Assembly: GCA_964507245.1 (NCBI GenBank)
Contig: CAZDQC010000006.1
Span: forward strand, 1 to 55,504
Direction of reading: 5' to 3'
Source of the DNA: an uncultured Rhodospirillaceae bacterium
GTDB taxonomy: Bacteria; Pseudomonadota; Alphaproteobacteria; GCA-2731375
DNA: 55,504 nt
The notes beneath the pieces were generated by a model. It searched no databases and was not told the DNA's origin. It saw only the letters and a list, made by a program, of their open reading frames with translations. Below, piece after piece: positions 55,491-55,504 of the stretch. How positions within the stretch are numbered: position 1 is the stretch's first letter; the number at the start of each line of letters is the position of its first letter. Both the position numbers and the translations under genes were made by a program.

Positions 55491-55504
55491 ATTGACCTGA
55501 GGTA

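Overview
This 55.5-kb chromosomal segment looks alphaproteobacterial, judging from the tal-DUF484(yigA-like)-xerC synteny, priA, and G+C-rich codons on the left side. I call about 49 protein-coding genes. I saw no rRNA, tRNA, CRISPR array, transposase or prophage genes.

Layout:
- 1-11.5 kb: housekeeping and miscellaneous genes (esterase, crotonase, histidine phosphatase, ABC-F ATPase, FAH/PhyH pair, frameshifted xerC, DUF484, transaldolase, priA).
- 11.6-25.2 kb: a divergent CoA-ester catabolic cluster. It holds an amidohydrolase, a tandem-fused family III CoA-transferase, GlcG, a luciferase-like oxidoreductase, a DUF35/thiolase pair, an HMG-CoA-lyase-like gene, both subunits of a biotin acyl-CoA carboxylase, and an amidase.
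- 25.3-32.3 kb (window centre): a complete corrinoid-dependent methyltransferase system. It holds a non-pyrrolysine MttB-family methyltransferase, DUF1638, a 2Fe-2S/ASKHA corrinoid activase, a GATase1-AraC regulator, a B12-binding corrinoid protein and a pterin-binding methyltransferase. This is my best candidate for an undescribed system, probably an aerobic quaternary-amine or methylated-osmolyte demethylation pathway.
- 32.7-38.7 kb: a triple-RidA fusion, a split MaoC hydratase pair, a luciferase-like oxidoreductase, an acyl-CoA ligase and an acyl-CoA dehydrogenase.
- 38.9-55.5 kb: a visibly A+T-richer block with long spacers. It holds a Rieske oxygenase, a rhodanese/homocysteine S-methyltransferase pair, a GlnT/GmaS-like glutamine synthetase, a paralogous ferritin-like di-iron pair (one member with a degenerate ligand motif), a lactonase-type MBL hydrolase, a ProVWX betaine-type ABC importer, and a two-gene operon (566 aa + 210 aa) that I cannot place in any family.

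All functional calls rest on motif and family recognition by eye. No database search was possible.
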